A stretch of 55,658 bases of DNA from Clostridia bacterium (lineage in GTDB: Bacteria > Bacillota > Clostridia > UBA1212 > UBA1255), in contig JAGADO010000031.1 of the NCBI GenBank assembly GCA_017613535.1, positions 1 to 55,658 of the forward strand, read 5' to 3'. The notes beneath the pieces are model-generated. The model was not told the origin of the DNA. It was given only the letters and a program-made list of their open reading frames with translations, and searched no databases. Of this stretch, positions 45,158-53,994 are shown piece by piece; positions within the stretch are counted from its first letter, which is position 1, and each line of letters starts with the position of its first letter. The position numbers and the translations under genes are program-made.

Positions 45158-46165
45158 ATGAACAGGCTTACAATCCCCAAATCCTACAAGCCGATACTTG
45201 ACGCGTATGACACACAGCGCGCCATAGCATACATCAAAGCCACGTTCCAGGAGGAGTTTTCGGCCGCCCTTAATTTAAAGCGCGTGTCGGCTCCCCTGTT
45301 CGTGACGGAAAGCTCGGGCCTTAACGATAACCTGAACGGATACGAAAGGCCCGTTTCTTTCGACGTGCCCGCGATCGGTGCAGATGCGCAGGTGGTACAT
45401 TCGCTGGCGAAGTGGAAGAGGCTCGCTCTTAAGCGGTATAACTTCGGCGTCGGAGGCGGACTGTACACGGATATGAACGCTATACGGCGCGACGAGGAGC
45501 TTGACAATACTCACTCGATATATGTCGATCAGTGGGACTGGGAGAAGATCATTACGGCCGAAAACCGCAATCTCGACTTCCTTAAACTGATCGTGCGCGC
45601 GATCGTAAAGGCGATCTGCAATACGAACGACCGCCTGCATGTGCGTTATCCGCAGCTGCGCGCTGAACTGAGCCCTGACGTTTCGTTCATCACGTCGCAG
45701 GAACTCGAGGATATGTATCCGGAACTTACGCCTAAACAGCGCGAGAACGAGTATCTCAGGCACCACAGGACTGCGTGTATAATGCAGATCGGCGGGAAGC
45801 TCCGCTCTGGAAAACCGCACGACGGAAGGGCTCCGGACTACGATGACTGGGACCTCAACTGCGATATTTTCTTCTGGAACGACGTGCTTGAATCAGCGCT
45901 TGAGATATCGTCAATGGGTATAAGAGTAGATGCGGAATCGCTTGACCGCCAGCTGACCGCCGCGGGGTGCGATGACCGCCGCAAACTTCCGTTCCACCGG
46001 ATGCTTCTGGCAGGAGAATTGCCCCTCACGATCGGCGGAGGTATCGGTCAATCTCGTCTGTGTATGCTTATGATGAGCTGCGCCCACATCGGAGAGGTCC
46101 AGTCGAGCATATGGGACAACGCCACTTCTTCCGCATGCGAAGCCGCGGGCATTCCGCTGCTGTGA
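45158..46165 (+). CDS. asnA: Aspartate--ammonia ligase (asparagine synthetase A)
   Basis: 335 aa. IPKSYKPILDAYDTQRAIAYIKATFQEEFSAALNLKRVSAPLFV and class II synthetase-like motifs. Confidence 0.88.
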   Translation: MNRLTIPKSYKPILDAYDTQRAIAYIKATFQEEFSAALNLKRVSAPLFVTESSGLNDNLNGYERPVSFDVPAIGADAQVVHSLAKWKRLALKRYNFGVGGGLYTDMNAIRRDEELDNTHSIYVDQWDWEKIITAENRNLDFLKLIVRAIVKAICNTNDRLHVRYPQLRAELSPDVSFITSQELEDMYPELTPKQRENEYLRHHRTACIMQIGGKLRSGKPHDGRAPDYDDWDLNCDIFFWNDVLESALEISSMGIRVDAESLDRQLTAAGCDDRRKLPFHRMLLAGELPLTIGGGIGQSRLCMLMMSCAHIGEVQSSIWDNATSSACEAAGIPLL

Positions 46166-46197
46166 AGCAGCCTCGCGCTTAAAACATATCTTCTTTC

Positions 46198-46231
46198 GGC
46201 TCCGAATCCGTTCGGGGCCGGTTTTTTGTTT
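46198..46231 (+). terminator. Rho-independent terminator after asnA
   Basis: GGCTCCGAA / TTCGGGGCC 9-bp stem (one G-U), TCCG loop, then GGTTTTTTGTTT. Confidence 0.75.
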
Positions 46232-46248
46232 ATTCTTGTTTTTTTTGC

Positions 46249-46277
46249 TTGATTTTGCTTTTTAAGGGGTATATAAT
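46249..46277 (+). promoter_or_regulatory. Candidate promoter of the AraC-family gene at 46308
   Basis: TTGATT (46249..46254), 17 nt, TATAAT (46272..46277). A GGAGG RBS follows. Confidence 0.5.
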
Positions 46278-46307
46278 CGCGTTATTCCACACTTTGGAGG
46301 CGCCGAA

Positions 46308-47189
46308 ATGGCTGAAGAATTCTCAAGGAGCATAAAAAACATATCGGGCGTGAGCTCACACATAAACTTCAGAAGCGCCCAGGCTTCCGATATCCGGTTC
46401 CGTATGGAAGCGGAGACGGTGATCATACACTCCACGTGTGATACGCTGTACGTTATGGTACGCGATACGTGCCTGCGCGTAGGAAAAAACAGTTTTCTGC
46501 TCATTGACCCGTTTACGCCTTACTCCGTCATCTCCAATCCCGAAGAGGCCGCTCAGACGTACGACCTGCTCTCGTTCAGAGCCACGACCGATCCCTGGGA
46601 CAAATCTGCCTGCTTCTTCTTTGCAAACGGTACTGTCGTAATCGACCGCAGCCATCCGTCCTTCGAGCGTTTCTCCCAGGCTTTTGCGAATATAACTGGC
46701 ACGGTGTCGAAATTCCCGAAAGACAGCCAGAAACCGCCCTTCCACTCGCTTCTTGCCCTTCACGGATACACGGAACTGCTCGCATCTGTCATGGCTTCCG
46801 AACTTGGCTGGCACGAGCTCCCATCGCCCGTTTTCGAAGCTTGGGACATTTTTGAAAATTCGATCGAATTCATATGCGAAAACCTCGGCAGCGACCTCTC
46901 GCTCGACGAGATATCTGCCAGATCCGGGCTTTCGACTTTCTATTATTCACATAAATATAAGGAAATCTTCGGCAATACCGTTATGCGCGACGTTAACCGC
47001 ATGAAACTCTACAAGTCGGTGGCAATGCTGATTCAGAGCGATGCCAGCATTTCGGATATTGCGCTGGGCTGCGGGTTCGGTTCGGTGGCAACGTATTGCA
47101 GCGTTTTTAAGAAGTTCTATACTTTTACTCCAATGGCGATGCGCCGCAAAAAAACGCTTTTGCGTGCTCATTCACAAAATCAGGGATAA
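46308..47189 (+). CDS. AraC family transcriptional regulator
   Basis: 293 aa. C-terminal HTH LSLDEISARSGLSTFYYSHKYKEIFGNTVMRDVNRMKLYKSVAML...FKKFYTFTPMAMRR. Confidence 0.8.
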   Translation: MAEEFSRSIKNISGVSSHINFRSAQASDIRFRMEAETVIIHSTCDTLYVMVRDTCLRVGKNSFLLIDPFTPYSVISNPEEAAQTYDLLSFRATTDPWDKSACFFFANGTVVIDRSHPSFERFSQAFANITGTVSKFPKDSQKPPFHSLLALHGYTELLASVMASELGWHELPSPVFEAWDIFENSIEFICENLGSDLSLDEISARSGLSTFYYSHKYKEIFGNTVMRDVNRMKLYKSVAMLIQSDASISDIALGCGFGSVATYCSVFKKFYTFTPMAMRRKKTLLRAHSQNQG

Positions 47190-47195
47190 AAAAAC

Positions 47196-47576
47196 TCACC
47201 CGACGATAACCGTAGCTATTGCCAGTTTCGACGTATGCGAAAGGCTTACGTCTATTGACGCGCCCGGAAACGTCTTTTCGAAATATTCAAGCGTCTCTCC
47301 GCTGAGGCGCAGCACCGGTTTTCCGTTCTCGAGATTCAGCACTTCGATCTCATTAAGGTGCGCATACTCGCCTATACCCGTGCCTATTGCCTTCGAAAAA
47401 GCCTCTTTAGCCGCAAAACGCGCGGCATAACTCTCATATTTGCGCTTCATTCCGCGCTCGCAGTAATCGATCTCGACGTTAGTGTAAACGCGCTCCAGGA
47501 AAGGCCTCCCGGTACGCTCGACAGCTGATTTGACGCGGCTGACTTCAACTATATCAGTACCTATTTTCACAAACAA
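47196..47576 (-). CDS. acpS: Holo-[acyl-carrier-protein] synthase
   Basis: 126 aa. IGTDIVEVSRV...RFAAKEAFSKAIGTGIG. Confidence 0.9.
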   Translation of the reverse strand: MFVKIGTDIVEVSRVKSAVERTGRPFLERVYTNVEIDYCERGMKRKYESYAARFAAKEAFSKAIGTGIGEYAHLNEIEVLNLENGKPVLRLSGETLEYFEKTFPGASIDVSLSHTSKLAIATVIVG

Positions 47577-47591
47577 ACCTCCGAAACGATC

Positions 47592-49028
47592 TTAATCCGC
47601 AGGGGGCGTTTCCGTATTTTCCGGCATCTCCGTGTTTTCCGGCTCACCGGGAGTAGGAGAAGGCTCCTCTGTAGGTTCCTGCGTGAGAGTGGGAGTCGGA
47701 GTCGGTGTCGGCGTTGACGTAGGCGTCGGTGTCGGTGTCGGAGTAGGTGTGGGAGTAGCTGTGGGAACCGGAGTAGGCGTGACAACGACTTTGCGCGTTA
47801 TCGTAACGGTAAATACGTACTCTCCGACTATCGTGTATTTAGATGTATCGAGCGCGCCGAACGTGAGCGGGATCTTGTACACGCCTACAGTGCGGTTCTC
47901 GAGATCAAGCGTAGGCACGGCGGAAGCGAGCAGGAACTGCGCCATATCCTCCTTGCGGCCCTTGACCGAGATCGTGTAGCTCTCAGGCGAGATCGAATAA
48001 TCGTAATCGGCGTTATTGCGGCCGGGTATGGTAAGCGACGAAAGATTAACCGTGTACGTTTTAGTCTGCATTGACCCGACAAAAACCGTAACCGTAATGT
48101 TCTGCTCGCCGACGACTGTCACGCCCGCGGGCAGGTAGTCTGTGATCGTTCTGGTCTGGACAACGTCCCCTTCCGCGCCGCTTATGTCTATCGGGCTCAT
48201 CTCGATCGACGAAAGATCGCGCAGCGTCTGAGGATTACCCTGAACGAGCACGCTGTTTGTCGAGAGCTCTATCCCGTCGTAAAAATACCCGTCGGCAGGC
48301 TCGCCTAAAGCAGGAGCATAGAAGTAGATCCTCTTGCCTACCTGTATCTCGACCGTGACCTTCTCCTCGGAGAAATTATGCGAAATATTTTCGCCTGTCA
48401 CCGATACGAACTTGCCCAGGAAAGCAGCGTTCTTGTTCGAATCAAGCGTGCCCTCTTCGATGCTGTCGCTGAGGTCGATCCGTATGTAATCGCACGTGTC
48501 GATAAGCGACTTCATTCCGGTGACCGGGATACTGCTAAGAGAAGGAGTGACGGAAACGTACTCATACCCTTCCTCGAGGAGTTTGTTATCGTAAACGACG
48601 CGCACATCGAGGTTCTTCGTTTCGGTCTTATCGTAATTAAATGTTATAGTTTTAGGATAATAATCCGTAACCGATACGCCAAGACGCTCGCACACCGGTT
48701 TAGAAACGGCAACTTCTGTCGCTCCGGCTTCGGTGATCGTCTGCATGTCGCACTTTACGGTGATCTCCGAAACGTTCAGGTTATTAAGCGTGTCCTGCCT
48801 TCCGGACACGGTGACGGACGCGGTCTTCGGATATGTTACGGTCGTATCTTTCAGGTCAAGCGATGCCGGGGCGTTCTCGTTTTCGAACGTGATGGGCACC
48901 TCGAGCGTCCTGTTGATGACCGGGTTGGTGAATCCGAGCACGGCGAGCCAGGCGCCGATCCCGAGTATCACCGACAGCACTATAATAGAGGTCTTGCTTT
49001 GAAAAAATCTTGCAAACTTATCTTTCAT
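47592..49028 (-). CDS. cdaR: YbbR-domain protein (CdaA regulator) with a C-terminal Pro/Thr-rich tail
   Basis: 478 aa. N-terminal TM helix, repeated YbbR-like domains (LEVPITFENE...). Directly downstream of cdaA. Tail TPTPVPTATPTPTPTPTPTPTSTPTPTPTPT. Confidence 0.8.
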   Translation of the reverse strand: MKDKFARFFQSKTSIIVLSVILGIGAWLAVLGFTNPVINRTLEVPITFENENAPASLDLKDTTVTYPKTASVTVSGRQDTLNNLNVSEITVKCDMQTITEAGATEVAVSKPVCERLGVSVTDYYPKTITFNYDKTETKNLDVRVVYDNKLLEEGYEYVSVTPSLSSIPVTGMKSLIDTCDYIRIDLSDSIEEGTLDSNKNAAFLGKFVSVTGENISHNFSEEKVTVEIQVGKRIYFYAPALGEPADGYFYDGIELSTNSVLVQGNPQTLRDLSSIEMSPIDISGAEGDVVQTRTITDYLPAGVTVVGEQNITVTVFVGSMQTKTYTVNLSSLTIPGRNNADYDYSISPESYTISVKGRKEDMAQFLLASAVPTLDLENRTVGVYKIPLTFGALDTSKYTIVGEYVFTVTITRKVVVTPTPVPTATPTPTPTPTPTPTSTPTPTPTPTLTQEPTEEPSPTPGEPENTEMPENTETPPAD

Positions 49029-49038
49029 TGCCGGCCTC

Positions 49039-49902
49039 CTAACGTTTAAGATTTTTTCCGCCGGACGAGCGTGCGGCCTTGCGGTAGAGCGCTTCCTTCA
49101 GAAGCTGGACGAGCTTTTCGCGCGTGATATTGCGCTGAAGCACGCCGCCTTCCGCGAACGAAATAAAGCCGGTCTCTTCCGAAACGATCGCCACGACACA
49201 GTCTGAACTCTCCGTAGCGCCGATGCCTGCACGGTGGCGCGTACCCAGGTCCTTATCGAGCGTGTTATTAGCGGACAGCGGCAGATAGCAGGCGGCAGCG
49301 TGGATCTTATCGTCCCTTATAATTACGGCTCCGTCGTGAAGAGGCGTGTTCGGGACAAAGATCAGCCTGAGCAGCTGGGCGGACACGTTTGCGTCAACGA
49401 CCGTACCGGTACGGATAATTTCGCCCAGGTTCGTTGACCGCTCGAAAACTATGAGCGCACCTACACGTTCCCTGCTCATCGCACTGACGGCGTTGGCAAC
49501 TTCGTTTACGAGCGCGTCGATCTTTTCATTGTCCGAATTACCCTGCCCCGTAAATATGCTCTTGAAATTACTTTTACCCATATTCTCGAGCCATCGCCTC
49601 AGCTCCGGCTGGAACATGATAACTATCAAAACCGGCAGAACGCTCACGAACGCCTTAATGACGTACGACAGCGTATTGAGTCTCAGCAGTATGGCGAGCA
49701 GCGACGCTACGAGCAGCAGCAATATGCCTCTGATCAGCTGGAACGCACGAGAGTCCCTGATGGCGACGATGATTTTGTAGAACAGGAATGATATAATGGC
49801 AACGTCGATCACAGCCCTGAGCACGTCCCAGAAACTGTTGAACGACAGGAACTCTTTTATATATATCATTATCTTGCTGAATCTATCGCCCGCGGCTAAC
49901 AT
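49039..49902 (-). CDS. cdaA: Diadenylate cyclase (c-di-AMP synthase), membrane-anchored
   Basis: 287 aa. Three N-terminal TM helices. DAC-domain motifs PLHDGAVII and LGTRHRAGIG...SEETG. Confidence 0.9.
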   Translation of the reverse strand: MLAAGDRFSKIMIYIKEFLSFNSFWDVLRAVIDVAIISFLFYKIIVAIRDSRAFQLIRGILLLLVASLLAILLRLNTLSYVIKAFVSVLPVLIVIMFQPELRRWLENMGKSNFKSIFTGQGNSDNEKIDALVNEVANAVSAMSRERVGALIVFERSTNLGEIIRTGTVVDANVSAQLLRLIFVPNTPLHDGAVIIRDDKIHAAACYLPLSANNTLDKDLGTRHRAGIGATESSDCVVAIVSEETGFISFAEGGVLQRNITREKLVQLLKEALYRKAARSSGGKNLKR

Positions 49903-49937
49903 CTTCTATCTCCCAGCGTCGCTCTTCTCCGGATATC

Positions 49938-50093
49938 TTATTTAAACGCGTTGATCAGGTATGTTATTACAAAATACAGGGTGGTGATGACCATCGACAC
50001 GGCCAGCACGAGACATATGACTCTTATCGCCAGTTTCTTTGCCTTTGTTTTTCCTGATTCCTTCTTAGTTCCGTTCTTGGTGCTTTGTGCCAT
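49938..50093 (-). CDS. Small (51-aa) single-TM protein upstream of cdaA; not in the supplied ORF track
   Basis: My translation: MAQSTKNGTKKESGKTKAKKLAIRVICLVLAVSMVITTLYFVITYLINAFK. GAAGGAA lies 8 nt upstream of the ATG. The length is 156 nt, in frame from ATG to TAA. Confidence 0.45.
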   Translation of the reverse strand: MAQSTKNGTKKESGKTKAKKLAIRVICLVLAVSMVITTLYFVITYLINAFK

Positions 50094-50217
50094 AACCGGT
50101 TCCTTCTTGCTGATCTTTTATCTTTTCAATTTGTGTCGCGTATGCGGCTCCTCTTATTATTATAGCATCTTTTATGCTTTATTGGTATAAAAATTTGAAA
50201 ACGGCTTATGGCGCGAG

Positions 50218-50733
50218 TCAGCGGTGCGGCACGGGCAGGACCATTGACGGAAATTCTGCCACGAACCACGGGTCTTCGTAATATTCGCGCTTTACGCCGA
50301 ACCGTTTTTTGTAAAATTTAGGCGGCCTGGATATGAGCGTCAGCGGTCTGTAGCTCGCCGTGCTGCTGCAGCCCACGTAAACCGTCTTCATTCGCTTTTT
50401 AAGCGGCTTTTCGCCCGTAAGCTTGATCATTACCGTCGCACCTTCATCTTCGCCGGAAGGGCCGTTTTTGTGCAAATACGAGCGTGCTATTTCCGCGAGC
50501 TCGTCACCGTACGGAACGATGGCGTCAAAGGTTTCCCTGTCCGGAGGGGAGAAGCACAGATCTGACAGACACGCCAGCCCCTCTTCCCTGTCGAGTGCGG
50601 CAACATACAGCGCCGCGGCCATTGCGGCAGCGGTGCCTTCTGGCGTGGCGATAAGGTCACTCATGAGAGGCAGAAACTCTTCTTCCGTTTCCGGCAGGCG
50701 GTCAATGACGATCTTTTTGAGTTCTTCCTTCAT
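50218..50733 (-). CDS. Hypothetical protein (171 aa)
   Basis: Start set to MKEELKKIV (ATG at 50733, ATGA overlap with the upstream stop, GGGGAGAG/AAGGAA upstream) rather than 50838. No family recognised. Confidence 0.55.
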   Translation of the reverse strand: MKEELKKIVIDRLPETEEEFLPLMSDLIATPEGTAAAMAAALYVAALDREEGLACLSDLCFSPPDRETFDAIVPYGDELAEIARSYLHKNGPSGEDEGATVMIKLTGEKPLKKRMKTVYVGCSSTASYRPLTLISRPPKFYKKRFGVKREYYEDPWFVAEFPSMVLPVPHR

Positions 50734-51038
50734 ATTCCTTGCTCTCCCCGGCTGAACAGCGTGCAGCCCATACTGCGGAAATGTTCTATCTTCTCGCGCA
50801 AGAACGCTTCGGACACGTTCATATAATCCGCGAGACAACTGATACAGAGGAACAGACTCGCTCCCCTGTTGATGAACTTTTTATGCGCTCCGGCATCGTC
50901 GCGCCCGAGCCCGCTGCCGCACTTAATGCAGTGGTAAGCGTCGTAAGCCTTTCCTTCCGGCTGACCGGTCAGGACGCCTGCCGCTTCGAGTCCTTCAGGG
51001 CTCATGCATGCCAGTGCCGCAAGCTCTACGTTAGTCAT
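50730..51038 (-). CDS. Hypothetical small Cys-rich protein (CxxC...CxxC)
   Basis: 102 aa. HCIKCGSG...LCISCLADY suggests a zinc-ribbon-like site. Its start overlaps the GH27 stop by 1 nt. Confidence 0.5.
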   Translation of the reverse strand: MTNVELAALACMSPEGLEAAGVLTGQPEGKAYDAYHCIKCGSGLGRDDAGAHKKFINRGASLFLCISCLADYMNVSEAFLREKIEHFRSMGCTLFSRGEQGI

Positions 51039-52153
51039 CAGAGCTCGACCACTTCGCAGCGCAGAAGAACGGTACTGTGCGCTTTTATACCGCCTGCGAT
51101 CTGTTCTTTTCTGACGCCGAGATCTTCGCCTGTCCAGAGGTTTCTGATCCTGAGACCGCGGCCTGTCACGCGGCCGAGGCCGAGCTCGCAGAACGGGATG
51201 AAATAACCGCCGTCATTGTCGCTCACGTTGAAAACGGCAAGGACGATATCTCCGTTCGCCATATGACGCGCCCAAGTGTCAGCGCCGTTGACATTGTACG
51301 GCTGCCTGTACGCCGGATCCTGATCGACGGCGATCACGTCCTTGTTAAGCAGGATCGATTTAATGTCATCGTCCGCTCCGCGTATATCCGAACCCATCAT
51401 CAGAGGCGAGCCGAAGAAAGCCCACATTGAGAAATGAGTGCGGTACTCGTCGAGCGTGAGGCCATTGTCAAGTCCCACGTGACCTTTTCCGTACATTCCG
51501 ACGACAAGCATATCCATGTCGTTGAAGCAGCCTGCTCCGTTGTACTCGTATATGCCCTTCTGGATGTTGTAGATGTCTCTTACGGAAGACCACGTATCAA
51601 AAACGTCTCCGGTAGAGCGCCACATGCTTGCCCCGGTCGATTTGATCCAGCGGTGCGTCTCTTCAGCGCCCCAGCTGCAGGCAGAGAGCAGTATTTCTCT
51701 GCCGCAGTTCTCCAGTGCGAGTGCCATTCTGCGGTACAGCCTTGCTCCCGGCTCGGTTCCGGGCTTGTAGCAGTAGTCGAGTTTGAGGAAATCAACGCCC
51801 CATTCGGCGAGCGTGGCGGCATCGATGAATTCATATTCGAACGAGCCGGGGAATCCGCCGCAGGTGAAATTTCCTACGCACGAATACATGCCGAATTTGA
51901 GCCCTTTCGAATGGACGTAATCCGCGACCGCCTTCATTCCGTTGGGGAATTTTGCGGGATCCGGGACCATGCGTCCGTCCGCGCCGCGTTCGCGCAGCGC
52001 CCAGCAGTCGTCGATAACAAGATAATTGTACCCGGCGTCAAGGTACCCTTCGTTTACCATCACGTCGGCCATAGTGCGCACGATCTCTTCGTTGATCCTG
52101 TCGGCGAACGTGTTCCACGAGTTCCAGCCCATAGGCGGTGTTTTTACTACCAT
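51038..52153 (-). CDS. GH27 alpha-galactosidase (no signal peptide)
   Basis: 371 aa. PPMGWNSWNTF, YLVIDDCW and FLKLDYCY motifs, characteristic of GH27. Confidence 0.9.
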   Translation of the reverse strand: MVVKTPPMGWNSWNTFADRINEEIVRTMADVMVNEGYLDAGYNYLVIDDCWALRERGADGRMVPDPAKFPNGMKAVADYVHSKGLKFGMYSCVGNFTCGGFPGSFEYEFIDAATLAEWGVDFLKLDYCYKPGTEPGARLYRRMALALENCGREILLSACSWGAEETHRWIKSTGASMWRSTGDVFDTWSSVRDIYNIQKGIYEYNGAGCFNDMDMLVVGMYGKGHVGLDNGLTLDEYRTHFSMWAFFGSPLMMGSDIRGADDDIKSILLNKDVIAVDQDPAYRQPYNVNGADTWARHMANGDIVLAVFNVSDNDGGYFIPFCELGLGRVTGRGLRIRNLWTGEDLGVRKEQIAGGIKAHSTVLLRCEVVEL

Positions 52154-52174
52154 GTCTTCATCCCTCCGTATATT

Positions 52175-52540
52175 TCAGATACCTGCGACCGGATCCCACG
52201 AAGACGAGGAGATAAGGTTTGCCCCTGTCCCGCAGATGTCGCGCTTTATAATGTCTCCCACAGCATAACGCACAGGCTCAAGTTTTATCTCCGCCACGCG
52301 ATTCATGCACTCGAAAAGCATCGATTTAGGTATCGGAGAATCGGTCCTGACCGGGAGCATCCTGCCGTTGGGCAGGCGCACTGTCGTCGTGAGCGTCCTC
52401 ATCGGGCAGGTCACTTCAGTCTCCGCGTAGCGTTTTCCTCTCGTGCATGCATAGCCCGAAATAACGAGCTCGCCGCTTGTATTGTCCGCTTCTATTTCAC
52501 AGCCCTTCGGGCAGATGATGCATGTGATTTTACGTTTCAT
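52175..52540 (-). CDS. DUF1667 domain-containing protein, third component of the anaerobe-type glycerol-3-phosphate dehydrogenase cluster
   Basis: 121 aa. ITCIICPKGCEIE...GYACTRGKRYAETEVTCPMRTLTTTVRL. Confidence 0.8.
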   Translation of the reverse strand: MKRKITCIICPKGCEIEADNTSGELVISGYACTRGKRYAETEVTCPMRTLTTTVRLPNGRMLPVRTDSPIPKSMLFECMNRVAEIKLEPVRYAVGDIIKRDICGTGANLISSSSWDPVAGI

Positions 52541-52589
52541 TCGTGAGATCGACCTCCGTCGGAACGGTCCGTTCCGGTTAATTATAGGC

Positions 52590-53978
52590 TTACGATAAGC
52601 CGAATTTTATAGTTCCTCCGTCCGTGCAGCGCTCGAGCATTTCTTTTTTCAGAGTCACGCTCTGCATCGTTCCGGGGGCAAGTTTCAGGTATTTCTTTTT
52701 AAGCAGAGTTTCCGTGCCTTCTCCGGTCGCGCTTCCGTCAGCATCCTTCGCATTATTTTCCACGGTAACGGTAAGCTGAGGCGCGTCGAAAACATCCGAC
52801 ACTCTGTAGAACACGTTAACATCTTCCCGCGCAGTTATGAACTGAGGCACGACGTACCTGACTTTTCCGTCCGTTTTCAGGCCGATGCGTATCTTCTTTT
52901 CAGGTTCGTTTTCGCCCTCAACCGCGCCTTCTTTTTCCGCACGGTCGAGCTCACGCACTCTTTTTGCTGCTGCTGCTCCTGCGATCCGCGCTTCCTGCGC
53001 CGCGAAGTCCGCAAGGTCGTGCACGTGAAGAACGTTTCCGCACGAATAGATGCCCGGGATCTCGGTCTGGCGGTCCTGGTCGACAGCCGCACCTTTGGTG
53101 GCCGGGTCAAGCTTTATGCCGCATTTTACGGTCAATTCATTTTCCGGAATCAGACCCACGGACAATAGCAGCGTGTCGCACGGGATATATTGTTCCGTTC
53201 CCTTCACCGGCACACGTCCGGCGCCCGGAACATTTTCGACCTGCGCGATCGTGACACCGGTAAGGCGCTCTTTACCGTGCACTTCTATAACGGTGTGGCT
53301 GAGCATGAGCGGGATCCCGAAATCATTCAGGCACTGCTCGATATTACGTGCAAGGCCTCCGGAATAAGGCATGACTTCGCAGACCGCCTTGACCTTCGCA
53401 CCCTCCAGCGTCATACGCCTCGCCATAATAAGGCCGATATCCCCGGAGCCGAGGATGACTACCTCTTTACCGGGAAGATAGCCGTACATATTAACGAAAT
53501 ACTGAGCGGCACCCGCGGTATAAACGCCCGCAGGCCTTGTCCCCGGAGTGTTGAGCGCCCCCCTGGGCCTCTCTCTGCAGCCCATTGCCAGCACGACCGC
53601 CTTCGCCTGCACCGTGAACACGCCCAGCTCGGACGAAGTCGCGGTGACGCGAAGCTGCTGATCGACGTCAAGGACCATTGTCGACATCATACATTTTATG
53701 CCGTATTCCCTGACTTTCGCCGCGATCCTCGCCGCGAATTCCGGCCCCGTCAGTTCTTCTTTGTACATTTCAAGCCCGAATCCGGGGTGGATGCACTGTT
53801 TAAGTATTCCTCCGAGCCTTTTTTCGCGCTCGATAATGAGGATACTGCGGCTTCCGTCTTCGTACGCCTGCACTGCCGCGCTCATTCCGGCCGGACCGCC
53901 GCCTATAATGACGATGTCATATCTGAAATCTACCGTTTTCTCTTCAAAATTCATTTCTTCTGTCTTCCCGTCCTGCAA
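52590..53978 (-). CDS. FAD/NAD(P)-dependent pyridine nucleotide-disulfide-type oxidoreductase
   Basis: 462 aa. YDIVIIGGGPAGMSAAVQA and a second dinucleotide fold VVILGSGDIGLIMA. Confidence 0.8.
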   Translation of the reverse strand: MQDGKTEEMNFEEKTVDFRYDIVIIGGGPAGMSAAVQAYEDGSRSILIIEREKRLGGILKQCIHPGFGLEMYKEELTGPEFAARIAAKVREYGIKCMMSTMVLDVDQQLRVTATSSELGVFTVQAKAVVLAMGCRERPRGALNTPGTRPAGVYTAGAAQYFVNMYGYLPGKEVVILGSGDIGLIMARRMTLEGAKVKAVCEVMPYSGGLARNIEQCLNDFGIPLMLSHTVIEVHGKERLTGVTIAQVENVPGAGRVPVKGTEQYIPCDTLLLSVGLIPENELTVKCGIKLDPATKGAAVDQDRQTEIPGIYSCGNVLHVHDLADFAAQEARIAGAAAAKRVRELDRAEKEGAVEGENEPEKKIRIGLKTDGKVRYVVPQFITAREDVNVFYRVSDVFDAPQLTVTVENNAKDADGSATGEGTETLLKKKYLKLAPGTMQSVTLKKEMLERCTDGGTIKFGLS

Positions 53979-53994
53979 TTAAAACTGTCTCCGG

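Noticed and set aside
47632-47979. Plus-strand ORF rich in GVGVGVGV, plus apparent short tandem DNA repeats
   Set aside because: It is the reverse complement of the Pro/Thr-rich tail of the cdaR-like gene. The DNA periodicity reflects PT dipeptide repeats, not a CRISPR array or microsatellite locus.
49951-50190. 79-aa plus-strand ORF in the cdaA upstream region
   Set aside because: It has no RBS, and it overlaps a better-supported minus-strand small ORF with an RBS. Its hydrophobic translation is the mirror of the AT-rich intergenic sequence.
51434-52546. 370-aa plus-strand ORF
   Set aside because: It is antisense to the GH27 and DUF1667 genes, both of which have strong family motifs. The translation is Arg/His-rich, the composition of a wrong-strand product.
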